Numbered from the stretch's first letter, positions 1-7,539 are shown. The stretch is DNA of 39,264 nt from Syntrophaceae bacterium UBA3084 (GCA_002367335.1 DFBI01000047.1:1-39264), one strand, 5' to 3'. The notes: a model not told the origin generated them from the letters alone. Made by a program: numbers and translations.

Positions 1-52
1 CCTTATACTTTTTGGATGTACAATTCGGACATTTCTTTGAAAGAATGCTCAT
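1..52 (-). CDS. 5' end of a small protein with a CxxC zinc-ribbon motif (runs off the window)
   Basis: Manual translation MSILSKKCPNCTSKKYK; GAGAGG SD 8 nt upstream of the ATG. Confidence 0.55.
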   Translation of the reverse strand, partial: MSILSKKCPNCTSKKYK

Positions 53-206
53 ATAATCTACCTCTCAAAATTATAGGTGAAATAGGGTAGATTACATATA
101 ATCCATCATGTCAATATTGTCTACTGTTAATAAATCTTAATTAATATTAGCGGGTTACTCTCTATATCAAACTGAACCAGTACCCACGCAAAGGCGATAA
201 AGGGAA

Positions 207-244
207 ATTCAACCGGGGCCTTTTTCTTTTCTATTTCACCGGGG
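207..244 (+). repeat. two orphan right arms of the Y-palindrome element family
   Basis: ATTCAACCGGGG at 207-218 and TATTTCACCGGGG at 232-244 match the right arms at 5641-5652 and 5711-5722. Confidence 0.7.
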
Positions 245-282
245 TGACCTCTGTCTTCTCTCTTCCCTCTTTTCCTTCCCCT

Positions 283-309
283 TAATCCGTGTAATCTGCG
301 TAATCTGCG
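283..309. repeat. 9-nt tandem repeat x3
   Basis: TAATCCGTG TAATCTGCG TAATCTGCG, about 20 nt after the sqdB-like stop codon. Confidence 0.8.
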
Positions 310-328
310 GATCGTTTTTGGCAGCAAA

Positions 329-1567
329 TCATCCCCATTTAATTCCCTTGAAAATCACATCCCTCCGAATGTTTCCCTTAAACCTCTCAACCACCCGCAT
401 CATCCCTTCCAACACCTCATCCGTCAAATAATGCGGCTTCACTCCAAGCCCAATCAATCCCTGATAAGTAGGATTATAATAATGTTCTTCTGCCTCTTTT
501 CTTGGATTTTCCAAGTGGTCTATCTTTACCTGATATCCCAGCTTCCTTCCAACATCCTGCACCTTTTCAGCAAGTTCATTGGCACTGAAGGTCTCCATGA
601 TCTGGTTGAAAATACGGAGTTGTCCTTTCTTTGCAGGGGTCTCCGCAGCCTTATGCACGCACTGCAGGGTGTCATTGATATTCAAATACCCCCGGGTTTG
701 ACCTCCTTTTCCATAAACTGTCAACGGGTATCCCACAATGGCCTGAACAATGAAACGGTTTAAAATGGTTCCAAAAATCTCATCGTAATTAAATATCGTC
801 CTCAATTCATGGCTGTCGGCTCTTCCTGCTGTCCGACCTCTGACCTCCGACCTCTGACCACTGATCTCCGACTCATCGGTCTCCAACCCATAAACAGGTC
901 CCTGCATCAGGTCCGTAATCCGCAGATCCCACATGCGCACCCCAAACCACATCAGGTCTGTATCCATGATCTTCGTGGTATGGTAAAGGGAACTTGCCTG
1001 CCTCGGGAAAAGAAAGCGATCTTTCCTTCCTTTATGCTCAATATCAAGCCACCCTTCCTCAATATCAATATTAGGGGTTCCATACTCCCCCATGGTCCCC
1101 ACATGAATCACATGGGTATCTCGTGAGAAATCCCGGAGGGCGAACATCAGGTTATTGGTCACTAAAAGATTGTTCTGGAGCGTGATATTTGCGTATTTAT
1201 AATTGATCAGAGAGTAGGGCGCCGAAGGCTGTTCTGCATAGTGGATAACAGTCTCAGGAATACCGGAAAACTTATGATTGATAGACCATGAGTATTCAAA
1301 ATCGCCCTTGAATAGCGACCTCATTATTTCCGGGTCAGTCAGATCCCCAATCACCACCTTAATCTCTTTTCCCGTCAGTTCATTCCAAATCTTGGCCCGC
1401 TGAATCAAAGAGGGAACAGGATATAGCATTCCCACATCCAATTCCGTGCAGGCATTCCGACGGAAATAGTTGTCCACAACGGTTACATCGTAACCGCGCT
1501 TGGAAAAATACATGGCGGTTGGCCAACCAAGATATCCGTCACCGCCGAGAATCAGAATATGGCTCAC
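329..1567 (-). CDS. sqdB: UDP-sulfoquinovose synthase-like NAD-dependent epimerase/dehydratase
   Basis: GGDGYLGWPTA, AEQPSAPYS, GTMGEYGTPNIDIEEG, YHTTK, PLTVYGKGGQTRG and ENPRKEAEEHYY motifs typical of SqdB/Agl3; GTG start with G-rich SD. Confidence 0.85.
   Translation of the reverse strand: MSHILILGGDGYLGWPTAMYFSKRGYDVTVVDNYFRRNACTELDVGMLYPVPSLIQRAKIWNELTGKEIKVVIGDLTDPEIMRSLFKGDFEYSWSINHKFSGIPETVIHYAEQPSAPYSLINYKYANITLQNNLLVTNNLMFALRDFSRDTHVIHVGTMGEYGTPNIDIEEGWLDIEHKGRKDRFLFPRQASSLYHTTKIMDTDLMWFGVRMWDLRITDLMQGPVYGLETDESEISGQRSEVRGRTAGRADSHELRTIFNYDEIFGTILNRFIVQAIVGYPLTVYGKGGQTRGYLNINDTLQCVHKAAETPAKKGQLRIFNQIMETFSANELAEKVQDVGRKLGYQVKIDHLENPRKEAEEHYYNPTYQGLIGLGVKPHYLTDEVLEGMMRVVERFKGNIRRDVIFKGIKWG
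832..873. repeat. 6 heptamers (TCYGACC) in frame inside sqdB
   Basis: tccgacc tctgacc tccgacc tctgacc actgatc tccgact. Confidence 0.85.
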
Positions 1568-1584
1568 TTCGTTCCCCCCTTTTC

Positions 1585-1829
1585 CAGATGACAGTGTCCG
1601 GATGACAGTTTTCAGATGACGGATGACAGACTACAGATGACAGACTACAGACTACAGATGACAGACGGCAGATGACAGATGACAGAAAGCAGACTACAGA
1701 TGACAGACTACAGACTACAGATGACAGACTACAGATGACAGACGGCAGATGACAGATGACAGATGACAGAAAGCAGACTAGAGATGACAGACTATAGATG
1801 ACAGACGGCAGATGATAGATGACAGAAAG
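1585..1829. repeat. 35-unit heptamer array (CAGATGA/CAGACTA/CAGACGG/CAGAAAG), downstream arm of the four-helix cassette
   Basis: Unbroken 7-nt register over 245 nt, read directly. Confidence 0.97.
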
Positions 1830-1831
1830 CA

Positions 1832-2236
1832 TCAAGTGCTTCGGATAGAACCGTTATGGCGTTTGCAAAAGGATTCGGGATTTGCCATCATTTTGCCCAA
1901 CATTCGACCTATTTGCATGCATTTATTCATCAGATGGTTATGATCGTCGGCAGAAACGTACTTGCATGCCAAGGCTGTATCGAGCCAGTGCTGCGTCTCG
2001 GCTTGCTCGCCATCTGAATCTGAAAGTTTGCTGACAAAATGTGCTTGGTAGCGGCGTTTATGCCAGGCTTCGGCCAAATTAGCCCCGATAGAACGTGAAG
2101 ATCTCCGAATCTGATCCGTAAGAGAGAAAAGCTCTTCTTTCGAAAAACCCTTGGTCATTTCAAAAATCTCTTGCTGCAACGAAAATGCAGCCTGGTAAAC
2201 CTTCAAATCTCTAAAACTGCGAATCTTATCACCCAT
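1832..2236 (-). CDS. four helix bundle protein (23S rRNA IVS protein / bAvd-like), 134 aa
   Basis: SFRDLKVYQ, EELFSLTDQIRRSSRSIGANLAEAW, SDGEQAETQHWLD motifs; true start is likely MGDKIRS at 2236, since the longer ORF's N-terminus is translated repeat. Confidence 0.92.
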   Translation of the reverse strand: MGDKIRSFRDLKVYQAAFSLQQEIFEMTKGFSKEELFSLTDQIRRSSRSIGANLAEAWHKRRYQAHFVSKLSDSDGEQAETQHWLDTALACKYVSADDHNHLMNKCMQIGRMLGKMMANPESFCKRHNGSIRST

Positions 2237-2237
2237 G

Positions 2238-2426
2238 ACTGTCTTCCGTCCTCCGTCTTCCGCCCTCCGTCTTCCGTCCTCCGTCCTCTGTCTTCCGTCC
2301 TCCGTCCTCCGTCTTCTGTCTTCCGTCCTCCGTCTTCCGCCCTCCGTCTTCCGTCCTCCGTCCTCTGTCTTCCGTCCTCCGTCCTCCGTCTTCTGTATTC
2401 CGTCCTCCGTCCTCCGTCCTCCGCTC
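2238..2426. repeat. 27-unit heptamer array (TCYGTCY), upstream arm of the four-helix cassette
   Basis: Unbroken 7-nt register over 189 nt, filling the gap between the upstream stop (2427) and the ATG (2236). Confidence 0.97.
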
Positions 2427-3503
2427 TCACTCCGGCCAATACCTTTCAGCCGGATGCTCTTCAACCCGTTGCTGCAATAAGTTGTTTTCTCTCAAAAAGA
2501 GTTTCAATTCTGCCTTGCTCATGAAAGGTCCTTCTTCTGAAACATACGGCCGATTAACCGTTGAAGATAAGATATCCGGATAATCATAATCTATGTTTCG
2601 GTAAATCCCGCGAAAAGCAGGAAGGACAACAAAGTACTTTTTCAGCTCCATGGCCCGTCGCGTCTCTTCCTGGCTCATCAATTCCTCATAGAGTTTTTCC
2701 CCTGATTTCCTCCCCATCCCCACAACCTCAATATCTTCCGGTTTATGACCATAGATCGGAGCCAACTCTTCAACCATTACCATGGCCAGATCCGCAATCC
2801 TGATTATCGGCATCTTGGTAACAAAGACTTCACCACCGCGTGCCAGCTCAGCAGAATTGATCACCAGCTCCACCGCCTGCTCAATACTCATGATAAAGCG
2901 TGTCATATCCCTTTCCGTCAGCGTAAGCGGCCCACCTTTTTTTATCTGCTGTTGAAAAATAGGAATAACCGAGCCGCGCGATCCGAGAACATTGCCAAAA
3001 CGGGTTGATATAAAGATCAGCCCTTCACCTTTAAAGTTTGCATTGGCAGCGGTCATAAGTCGTTCGCCCATTAATTTTGATGTACCCATTACATTGGTCG
3101 GATTAACAGCCTTGTCCGAGCTTGTAAATATGACTCTCTCCACATTGTTTTCACAGGCGGCATAGATAATATTCTGAACACCGACAATATTGGTCCGCAC
3201 CGCCTCAAAAGGGGAACGCTCACACAGGATAACATGCTTAAACGCCGCGCAATGAAAAACAATGTCTACCCCTTTCATTTTGCGGCAAAGCTTATCCCTG
3301 TCGCGCACGTCAGCAAGAAAAAAACTGGCCTGCTTGTAATCTGAAAACCTCTGTTCCAAAAAGAAAAGTTCACTCTCATTATTATCAAGAGCTATCAATT
3401 CGGCTGGCTGACAATGCATCAATAACTGGTGCACCAGCTCTCGTCCCACAGTACCACATGCCCCTGTAACAAGTATCCGCTTGTCAGCAAAAAAATCTCT
3501 CAT
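2427..3503 (-). CDS. polysaccharide biosynthesis protein, CapD/PseB-like UDP-sugar 4,6-dehydratase
   Basis: TGACGTVG, FHCAAFKHV, SSDKAVNPTNVMGTSK, RFGNVLGSRGSVIP, GEKLYEEL. Confidence 0.9.
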   Translation of the reverse strand: MRDFFADKRILVTGACGTVGRELVHQLLMHCQPAELIALDNNESELFFLEQRFSDYKQASFFLADVRDRDKLCRKMKGVDIVFHCAAFKHVILCERSPFEAVRTNIVGVQNIIYAACENNVERVIFTSSDKAVNPTNVMGTSKLMGERLMTAANANFKGEGLIFISTRFGNVLGSRGSVIPIFQQQIKKGGPLTLTERDMTRFIMSIEQAVELVINSAELARGGEVFVTKMPIIRIADLAMVMVEELAPIYGHKPEDIEVVGMGRKSGEKLYEELMSQEETRRAMELKKYFVVLPAFRGIYRNIDYDYPDILSSTVNRPYVSEEGPFMSKAELKLFLRENNLLQQRVEEHPAERYWPE

Positions 3504-3532
3504 TTTTATTTTTTATCCTTTGCTCTTGTCTC

Positions 3533-3602
3533 CCTGCCATCTGCGCTATGCCCCATGCGCTCTGCTCTATACTCTCTGCGCTATGCGCTACGCGTTCTGC
3601 GC
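3533..3602. repeat. 10-unit heptamer array (TMTGCGC-like) spanning the epimerase stop codon
   Basis: tctgcgc tatgccc catgcgc tctgctc tatactc tctgcgc tatgcgc tacgcgt tctgcgc. Confidence 0.85.
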
Positions 3603-4688
3603 TAAGAACCACAAAAACGTCTCCTCCAGTCCCTCTTCCAGCCCCCACTTCGGCTCAAACCCCAACATCCTCCTCGCCTTGGAAATATCGGAATAGTTCC
3701 GTTTCACCTCACCCTTCCGTTCGTTCTCATAGACGATCTCGCTTTTTCTCCCCTGATGTTTTTCCGCCAGCCGATTCAAAACCTCTGCCACCTCTCCAAC
3801 CGTATGCTCCCGATGAGTAGCGGTCTGAAATACCTCCCCTCCAATATTCGGCCTTTCCAGGGCCAGCAAAATAGCATCCACCAGATCTTCAATGTAGATA
3901 AAATCCCTTGTCTGGTTCCCGTCACCATAAATGGGCAGCGTCTCCCCAGCCATAATATGCCTGATAAACTTGGCCACCACACTGCCCTTATGGCTCGACC
4001 TCGGCCCATACACGTTCCCAAAACGCAACGCCACAGTCTCAAGACCAAACGACCCGTAGTAAGCCGAGCAATAAGCCTCCCCGCAAAGTTTACTCGCCCC
4101 GTATGGAGATATCGGCCGCGGGACCATCTCCTCATGGATGGGTGGTTCCTGTTCGCCAAGAGGCGCACCCGAAGACGCAAACACAAACCGCTTCGCACCA
4201 TTCTTTCGTGCTGCCTCCAAGAAGTTCACCGTCCCAATGACATTGGCCATGCAGTCTGCCATAGGGTCTTCAATGGACGGCATCACACCTGTATTTGCCG
4301 CAAGATGCACTACAGCATCCATACCACGACAGGCCTTGACCGCCAGGTCCTCATCCCGTATATCTCCCACCACCAGTTCAACTTCAGATGACCGAGGACC
4401 GTGGACAGAAGACGGATCTGCTTTTCTTATTGAATTTTTCGTGGATTGATCTGGTTCTTGTTTATTTGTACATCGGAATTTTGAATTTGTTTCGAGATTC
4501 GGGTTTCGGATTTCGGGTTTGACAGTCTGATCCACTTCACTGAATGTACAGACAGCAGCCAGATCCTCCCTTTTCCCCACCGTGAGATTGTCTATTACTC
4601 TTATTCGGTGTCCATCACCCACATCCATGAGCCGTCTTATGAGGTTAACACCAATAAATCCGCATCCCCCTGTAACCAAAATGTTCAA
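3588..4688 (-). CDS. NAD-dependent epimerase/dehydratase (UDP-glucose 4-epimerase-like) with a repeat-derived internal insertion
   Basis: TGGCGFIG, HLAA, YGASK, LRFGNVYGP, GDGNQTRDF; TTG start after AGGAGG. Confidence 0.9.
   Translation of the reverse strand: MNILVTGGCGFIGVNLIRRLMDVGDGHRIRVIDNLTVGKREDLAAVCTFSEVDQTVKPEIRNPNLETNSKFRCTNKQEPDQSTKNSIRKADPSSVHGPRSSEVELVVGDIRDEDLAVKACRGMDAVVHLAANTGVMPSIEDPMADCMANVIGTVNFLEAARKNGAKRFVFASSGAPLGEQEPPIHEEMVPRPISPYGASKLCGEAYCSAYYGSFGLETVALRFGNVYGPRSSHKGSVVAKFIRHIMAGETLPIYGDGNQTRDFIYIEDLVDAILLALERPNIGGEVFQTATHREHTVGEVAEVLNRLAEKHQGRKSEIVYENERKGEVKRNYSDISKARRMLGFEPKWGLEEGLEETFLWFLAQNA
4385..4518. repeat. two short heptamer runs in frame inside the epimerase
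   Basis: cagatga ccgagga ccgtgga cagaaga cggat (4385-4417) and ttcgaga ttcgggt ttcggat ttcgggt (4491-4518). Confidence 0.75.
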
Positions 4689-4706
4689 AATGTGAATTAC
4701 CTCCTG

Positions 4707-4753
4707 TAACTATTAACTGATAACCAATAACGATTAACCAATAACCAACAACT
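4707..4753. repeat. heptamer array (TAACCAA-like), about 7 units
   Basis: taactat taactga taaccaa taacgat taaccaa taaccaa caact, between a stop codon (4754) and an SD (4700-4705). Confidence 0.85.
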
Positions 4754-4864
4754 TCACTCCCCCGGCCTAAACAACACCGTCTGCACTGTCTTCAGCAAAA
4801 TAAACAAATCCAAAAAAATAGACTGATTCTGTATATAGAACAATTCATATTCCAGCTTCTCAAA
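4754..4864 (-). pseudogene. orphan 3' end of a priming sugar transferase
   Basis: Translates FEKLEYELFYIQNQSIFLDLFILLKTVQTVLFRPGE*, 27/36 identical to the C-terminus of 6112..7494. Confidence 0.88.
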
Positions 4865-4868
4865 AAGC

Positions 4869-5111
4869 CTACCTACTGCTTGCATTCAAAATCGTTATTC
4901 CTACAATTTTATCATCATCTGTTCTAATTAACACATCGTCATCCATCTCAACGGTCTTCTTTGCTCTTTGTGGCCTTCGAAAACTCAGATACAGAACATC
5001 CGCCTCTTTATCGTAGTCAACCCAAATATGCTTGACCGAAAGCCTTGCCAATTCTGATGATAGCCCTAAGCAAGAATCGATCATTTCCTTATTTACTGAC
5101 TGCATCGCCAT
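4869..5111 (-). CDS. DUF2283-like small protein, putative antitoxin
   Basis: VDYDKEADVLYLSF and IVGITILNAS pattern; overlaps the upstream small gene. Confidence 0.75.
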   Translation of the reverse strand: MAMQSVNKEMIDSCLGLSSELARLSVKHIWVDYDKEADVLYLSFRRPQRAKKTVEMDDDVLIRTDDDKIVGITILNASSR

Positions 5112-5395
5112 ATTGGCACCCCCTTTGGTTTTTTATCCAGAAAATAGGCTGTGATGACAAAGCCATCTTTTTTTGAAATTTCTCTGTAAACGACTACCAG
5201 CCATTTATCTCTCCCTATATTCCTCGTCGCCTTCAGACTACCCTTATTGCCTCTGATTATGAATTCCGGGTTTTCAACCACTTCCATGACTTCGAAATAG
5301 TAGCTGGCTAAGTCATCGTGGTTTTCAGTAATATGGAACCATCTTTCATACGTTAAACGTATCGGTACACCATTAACAGAATAGGCTATCTCCAT
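5093..5395 (-). CDS. putative RelE/BrnT-fold toxin-like protein paired with DUF2283
   Basis: IRLTYERWFHI, VVENPEFI, WLVVVYRE and GFVITAY pattern; two-gene TA-like layout. Confidence 0.65.
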   Translation of the reverse strand: MEIAYSVNGVPIRLTYERWFHITENHDDLASYYFEVMEVVENPEFIIRGNKGSLKATRNIGRDKWLVVVYREISKKDGFVITAYFLDKKPKGVPIWRCSQ

Positions 5396-5446
5396 ATTAA
5401 GTTCTCTTCCCAACTTCTCATCTCATCCTCTTCTTTTCCCACCTTC

Positions 5447-5499
5447 CCTGTCTCGTTGAATTCCGCTTTGCGGACGTCCGAAGGGCTATTCAACTGGGA
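5447..5499 (+). repeat. Y-shaped palindromic element A
   Basis: CCTG-TCTCGTTGAAT, hairpin TCCGC-TTT-GCGGA, hairpin CC-GAA-GG, ATTCAACTGGGA. Confidence 0.75.
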
Positions 5500-5539
5500 T
5501 CACGTTCTGTCCTCTGTCCTCTATTTCTTTTGTTTTTCA

Positions 5540-5577
5540 TTCGACGTTGGACGTTCGACGTTCGATGTTGGACGTTC
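5540..5577. repeat. heptamer array (TTSGAYG) x5
   Basis: ttcgacg ttggacg ttcgacg ttcgatg ttggacg ttc. Confidence 0.88.
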
Positions 5578-5598
5578 ATCCTTTTTCTTTCCGTCCTC

Positions 5599-5652
5599 CT
5601 TGTCCCGTTGAATTGCTCCGCCAGGAGCACCCCGAAGGGGATTCAACCGGGG
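5599..5652 (+). repeat. Y-shaped palindromic element B
   Basis: CTTG-TCCCGTTGAAT, TGCTCC-GCCA-GGAGCA, CCCC-GAA-GGGG, ATTCAACCGGGG. Confidence 0.85.
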
Positions 5653-5673
5653 TGTCCTCCGCCCTCTGCCCTC

Positions 5674-5722
5674 CTTGCCCCGTGAAATTCACGAAGTGAC
5701 AGCGTAGTGCATTTCACCGGGG
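5674..5722 (+). repeat. Y-shaped palindromic element C
   Basis: CTTG-CCCCGTGAAAT, TCAC-GAA-GTGA, short GTA-loop hairpin, ATTTCACCGGGG. Confidence 0.85.
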
Positions 5723-6110
5723 TGTCCTCCGTCCTCCGTCTTCCCGACTTCTGATCTCTGATCTCTGATCTCCGATCTCTGATCCCCGTCATCCGACCTC
5801 TGTCCTCTGTCATCTGACATCTGACCTCTGTCTTTTCCGTCCTCCGTCCTCTGTCTTCCGTCCTCCGTCCTCTGTCCTCTGTGTCTTCCGTCCTCCGTCC
5901 TCTGTCCTCCGTCCTCTGTCCTCCGTCCTCTGTCCTCCGTCCTCTGTCCTCCGTCCTCCGTCCTCTGTCATCCGTCCTCTGATCTCCGTCCTCTGTCCTC
6001 CGTCCTCTGATCTCCGATTTCCGTCCTCTGTCCTCCGTCCTCTGTCCTCTGTCATCCGTCCTCTGATCTCCGTCCTCTGTCCTCTGTCCTCTGACCTCCG
6101 TCCTCTACGC
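5723..6110. repeat. long heptamer array (TCYGTCC/TCTGATC), roughly 55 units with a few register slips
   Basis: Read directly; abuts the stop codon of the sugar transferase at 6112. Confidence 0.97.
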
Positions 6111-6111
6111 T

Positions 6112-7494
6112 TCACACCCCCGGCCTGAAAATCACTGTCTGCACTGTCTTAAGGATAATGAACAGATCAAACAAAATAGACTGGTTTTGGACATAATAGA
6201 GGTCATACTGAAGCTTCTCAAATTGACCTTTTTTGGAACCAGCATAATCTCCCCGAACTTGGGCCCAGCCGGTCAGGCCCGGTTTTACGGTAAATCTAAG
6301 TCTATAATAAGGAAATTCCTTTGCCAGCATATCTGCAACTTGTTTACGAATGGGCCGAGGACCAACAAAACTCATGTCCCCTTTTAGTATATTAAAAAAT
6401 TGCGGGAGCTCATCAAGGCGGCTCTTCCGCAGAAATCTGCCGACCTCGGTTATGCGCGGGTCATCCTCGCTTGCCCACTTAGGACCGGTCAGTTTCTCGG
6501 CATTATCGATCATGGTGCGGAACTTGATTAGGGTAAAAGGCCGCTCATTTTGACTTAAACGTTCCTGCTTAAAAAATGCCGGCCCCTTTGAGGTCAGTTT
6601 GATGGCCAGAGCGGCAAGCAACATCAGGGGACAAGAAAGGACTATCCCGATAAGAGCAAAAACCTTGTCAATAATCTTCTTTATCTTTCTATAGACGTCC
6701 GGGTTGAAAATGTCGCCCTGGTTACGGAACAGAAACCAGGAATCCGTAACTCTGGTTACCGGAACCTTGCCAGTCAGCGTCTCATAGAACAGGGGAGCGT
6801 CATAGATAGCTACACCGGCAAATCGTAGGTCTAAAAGCTCCTTCCTCAGTAATGGGAGATTCTTTAGCCGGTCGGCAACAACTAATGTATTAGTTTGACT
6901 CTCTCTCACAAAATCGGACAGGCTTTTGGCTGATTTTGAGCCGTTAATGCAGATAGCTCCGGGGTTCTCGGAATAATCACCAATGGCGGTCATAATACCG
7001 ATATCCGAATTCGGCACAAGCGACTTGAGATCCTCAATAATGGGACTTTCACCAATAAGAAGGATTTTTTGCTGGTTAGCGCCATTTTGCAAAAAGACCC
7101 TGAAGAGAAGTTTTCGCCAGCAGAATAAAAGAGGGATGACAAAAAGGATGTAAAGTAAAATAACCTTTCTTCCAATTACAATATTTGGCAGAAAAAAAAA
7201 GGAAAGAAAGGCAATAATTGCGGCAGTAACTAAAACGGCTAAGGCGATATTTGACAAAAGCCTTACATTGTGTCGCCAACGGCTTTCATTATAGAGTTCA
7301 AATACATAGAAAATAACCGGGCAGGAAAAAAGCCATAAAACAATCACCCAATTGACCCTTGATAGGACAAATTCAAAGCTAAAAAGTTGGGAAGCAATAA
7401 CCTTGATATACACCGCCATAAAAAAGGCACTGAACACCAACAGAACGTCACCAAGCAGAACGAGTATCTTTTTATAGTTGCTATAAATTGCCAT
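6112..7494 (-). CDS. priming polyprenyl-phosphate sugar transferase (WbaP/WcaJ family)
   Basis: N-terminal TM segments; KFRTM, DPRITEVGRFLRKSRLDELPQ, GDMSFVGPRP, KPGLTGWAQV. Confidence 0.93.
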   Translation of the reverse strand: MAIYSNYKKILVLLGDVLLVFSAFFMAVYIKVIASQLFSFEFVLSRVNWVIVLWLFSCPVIFYVFELYNESRWRHNVRLLSNIALAVLVTAAIIAFLSFFFLPNIVIGRKVILLYILFVIPLLFCWRKLLFRVFLQNGANQQKILLIGESPIIEDLKSLVPNSDIGIMTAIGDYSENPGAICINGSKSAKSLSDFVRESQTNTLVVADRLKNLPLLRKELLDLRFAGVAIYDAPLFYETLTGKVPVTRVTDSWFLFRNQGDIFNPDVYRKIKKIIDKVFALIGIVLSCPLMLLAALAIKLTSKGPAFFKQERLSQNERPFTLIKFRTMIDNAEKLTGPKWASEDDPRITEVGRFLRKSRLDELPQFFNILKGDMSFVGPRPIRKQVADMLAKEFPYYRLRFTVKPGLTGWAQVRGDYAGSKKGQFEKLQYDLYYVQNQSILFDLFIILKTVQTVIFRPGV

Positions 7495-7539
7495 ATGACA
7501 TTTAACGAATGGAACTTACTTTAATGCACTCGCCATAGG

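Noticed and set aside
76..114. Minus-strand sigma70 promoter (TTGACA at 109-114, TATAAT at 70-75)
   Set aside because: Spacing between the hexamers is far from 17 nt; not supportable.
127..327. 66-aa ORF after sqdB
   Set aside because: Built from 9-mer and palindrome remnants; no recognisable domain.
1832..2236. Diversity-generating retroelement or rRNA intervening sequence, suggested by the Avd/IVS-like protein
   Set aside because: No reverse transcriptase and no rRNA in the window. The 7560/11130 repeat pair differs at non-adenine positions too, so it is not a TR/VR pair.
1539..2524. ORFs 1539..1835, 2171..2524, 2203..2439, 2235..2480 and the N-terminal 76 aa of 1832..2464
   Set aside because: Translations of stop-poor heptamer arrays (SSVxC/RTEDG repeats); no sign of real proteins.
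1585..6110. Possible CRISPR array
   Set aside because: Contiguous 7-nt units with no unique spacers, and no cas genes.
5810..6115. 101-aa RTEDGG-repeat ORF
   Set aside because: Entirely repeat-derived.
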